A DNA stretch of 63,993 nucleotides, counting the filler, from Octopus bimaculoides (taxonomy: Eukaryota), in the NCBI RefSeq assembly GCF_001194135.2. It is 6 parts of 6 records of this genome, joined end to end, with 100 filler letters (N's around TTAATTAATTAA, not from the genome) between each part and the next. Parts side by side here need not be neighbours in the genome. Positions count along the whole stretch, not along the records: positions 51,204 to 62,870 come from NC_068990.1; positions 62,971 to 63,993 come from NC_068981.1; 4 more parts are not named here. One strand, written 5' to 3'. The position numbers and the translations under genes are program-made. Below the pieces are notes generated by a model. It was not told where the DNA came from and searched no databases. It worked only from the letters and a program-made list of their open reading frames with translations. Shown in pieces: positions 61,780-63,993 of the stretch; position 1 is the stretch's first letter; every line of letters starts with the position of its first letter.

Positions 61780-63825
61780 NNNNNNNNNNNNNNNNNNNNN
61801 NNNNNNNNNNNNNNNNNNNNNNNNNNNNNNNNNNNNNNNNNNNNNNNNNNNNNNNNNNNNNNNNNNNNNNNNNNNNNNNNNNNNNNNNNNNNNNNNNNNN
61901 NNNNNNNNNNNNNNNNNNNNNNNNNNNNNNNNNNNNNNNNNNNNNNNNNNNNNNNNNNNNNNNNNNNNNNNNNNNNNNNNNNNNNNNNNNNNNNNNNNNN
62001 NNNNNNNNNNNNNNNNNNNNNNNNNNNNNNNNNNNNNNNNNNNNNNNNNNNNNNNNNNNNNNNNNNNNNNNNNNNNNNNNNNNNNNNNNNNNNNNNNNNN
62101 NNNNNNNNNNNNNNNNNNNNNNNNNNNNNNNNNNNNNNNNNNNNNNNNNNNNNNNNNNNNNNNNNNNNNNNNNNNNNNNNNNNNNNNNNNNNNNNNNNNN
62201 NNNNNNNNNNNNNNNNNNNNNNNNNNNNNNNNNNNNNNTATATGTTCGTACATGCAGATTGGTAGATTACAGCCTGGGTTTTGCTCCTTTCTGTCAAACA
62301 TCGTAAACATTTTTGTGCTTCTTTGTTTTAAACTGTTTACATGTGTTTTTATATGCTTACATGAATCTCAACATAAAACATCATGTTTAATATAAATGCT
62401 AATACTTTAGTGTCTGTAAATCCTGGTTCCTCTCACTTTTCATATAAATTTTAAAGTAACTCTTATGAACCACAGAACTTTTCTTTTAATTTTTTTTTTT
62501 TATCAAGCTGAAAGTTTTAAAAATCAAATTGAATGTCAGATAAAGTATATTTAAAAGCACAAAACAAATACCAATAATATCCCAATTGCATAAGTATTTC
62601 AACTTTACATGCCTTATCATTGGGCGATATCTACGATGAAAAATTTATGAGAATCACATAGTTTGAGAGTTCAGTACGTACTGAACACATAGGAATATAT
62701 GTGACTATGCGACCACCACACCGATATATATGAATACATATAAATATGTATATACATACATAAGCGTAGATATATACATACATACATACACGTATGTATA
62801 TATATATATATACATAATTTACATATATAAGCAAATTTGTGTATGTATATATATATATATACATAATTTANNNNNNNNNNNNNNNNNNNNNNNNNNNNNN
62901 NNNNNNNNNNNNNNTTAATTAATTAANNNNNNNNNNNNNNNNNNNNNNNNNNNNNNNNNNNNNNNNNNNNCTCACCTAACTAAACTAGTGATGCCATGGA
63001 AACTGGGAAAGCAGCCCTATGACTCTATATGGCACAGGAAGGAACTTTACAATGCTTTTTTTTTTCATCAGTGTTAAGGAGGGGGTGTAACTAGATCGAC
63101 ATGAAGTCTTCTTCTCCTAAAACGCTGGCTTTAATGTACCTATGTTAAAAATCAACAGCTCATGAAGGGAATCACTCTACTTATTCACCCAAACTACTAG
63201 ACATAACAGTCAAATCTCCCTCAAATCATAACCAACCATCATCATTATTGCCTTCTTCCTTAGCATTGTTTTACATCTGTTTTCTATGCCGGCATGGGTT
63301 CAGCAGTTTGACGCAGGTTTCAAGTCGGTTTTTATTAAGAATTAACCCTTTAGAATTCAGATTACTCTGCTAAATGTAATGCTTATTTATTCACATTGTT
63401 TTAAATTAATTAATCACGCATTATCTCATAGCTTTGAGATTTCAATTATATAATTGTTTATTTTAAGAATGTCATTTGTAAGGTTGGTGCGAAAGGCTTG
63501 GGCCTGCCCAGTTTGAACATGAAACAGCTAGGATATTTGGGCCCCACCCCTGGATATGGCGTGGGGGNNNNNNNNNNGGGGGGGGGGGGTAAATGCTAAA
63601 AGGTTAAGGAAGAAAAAGGAATGTATTGGAATACTGATGTTTCTAGATGTTTTGTTTGCCATAAGAAAGATAGGACACCTTTCAACAGATAGGATCAATC
63701 AGGGCTCACCTGGCAGTAAGTAACAACAGTAACAATGGTGACAATACCATCTCTAATTTTTCCCCTTCTTTTTCACACTCACACACACACACACATAGAT
63801 ATACACGCATACTTGTGTGTGTGTC

Positions 63826-63868
<43 letters not shown>

Positions 63869-63993
63869 TTAAGGAATGGAGTAAACGCATGTTATAACCG
63901 CATACTTTATTCCGACATATGTTACTCGGTCATAATGTCTTACGTTTAAGATGGTTCCCATACATTCCCTGAGGAGAAGTTTACATTTTTAAC

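Overview
AT-rich, microsatellite-dense eukaryotic scaffold with many N gaps. The SINE types and repeat landscape point to a cephalopod, probably Octopus (inference). Two spliced protein-coding genes can be assembled by hand, and the ORF track shows neither one whole. (1) A plus-strand, 4-coding-exon, 241-aa secreted Reeler-domain protein (12903-20010). (2) A minus-strand, 2-coding-exon, about 207-aa cysteine-rich EGF-like protein (50600-47855). Both have a signal peptide and end in a hydrophobic tail (GPI signal or short TM), and they converge across about 28 kb. The rest is mostly mobile-element debris: a Penelope-like element, a Helitron whose empty site is duplicated nearby, HERO-, CR1-, RTE- and Gypsy-type relics, mariner fragments and many tRNA-derived SINEs. 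Smaller structures include a hammerhead-like core, a 32-bp inverted repeat, a SINE foldback in an intron and a degenerate ~63-bp array holding three SINEs with target-site duplications. Most listed ORFs are microsatellite or gap artefacts. I found no CRISPR, rRNA or intact tRNA gene. All alignments and family assignments were made by eye from remembered motifs; no database search was run.
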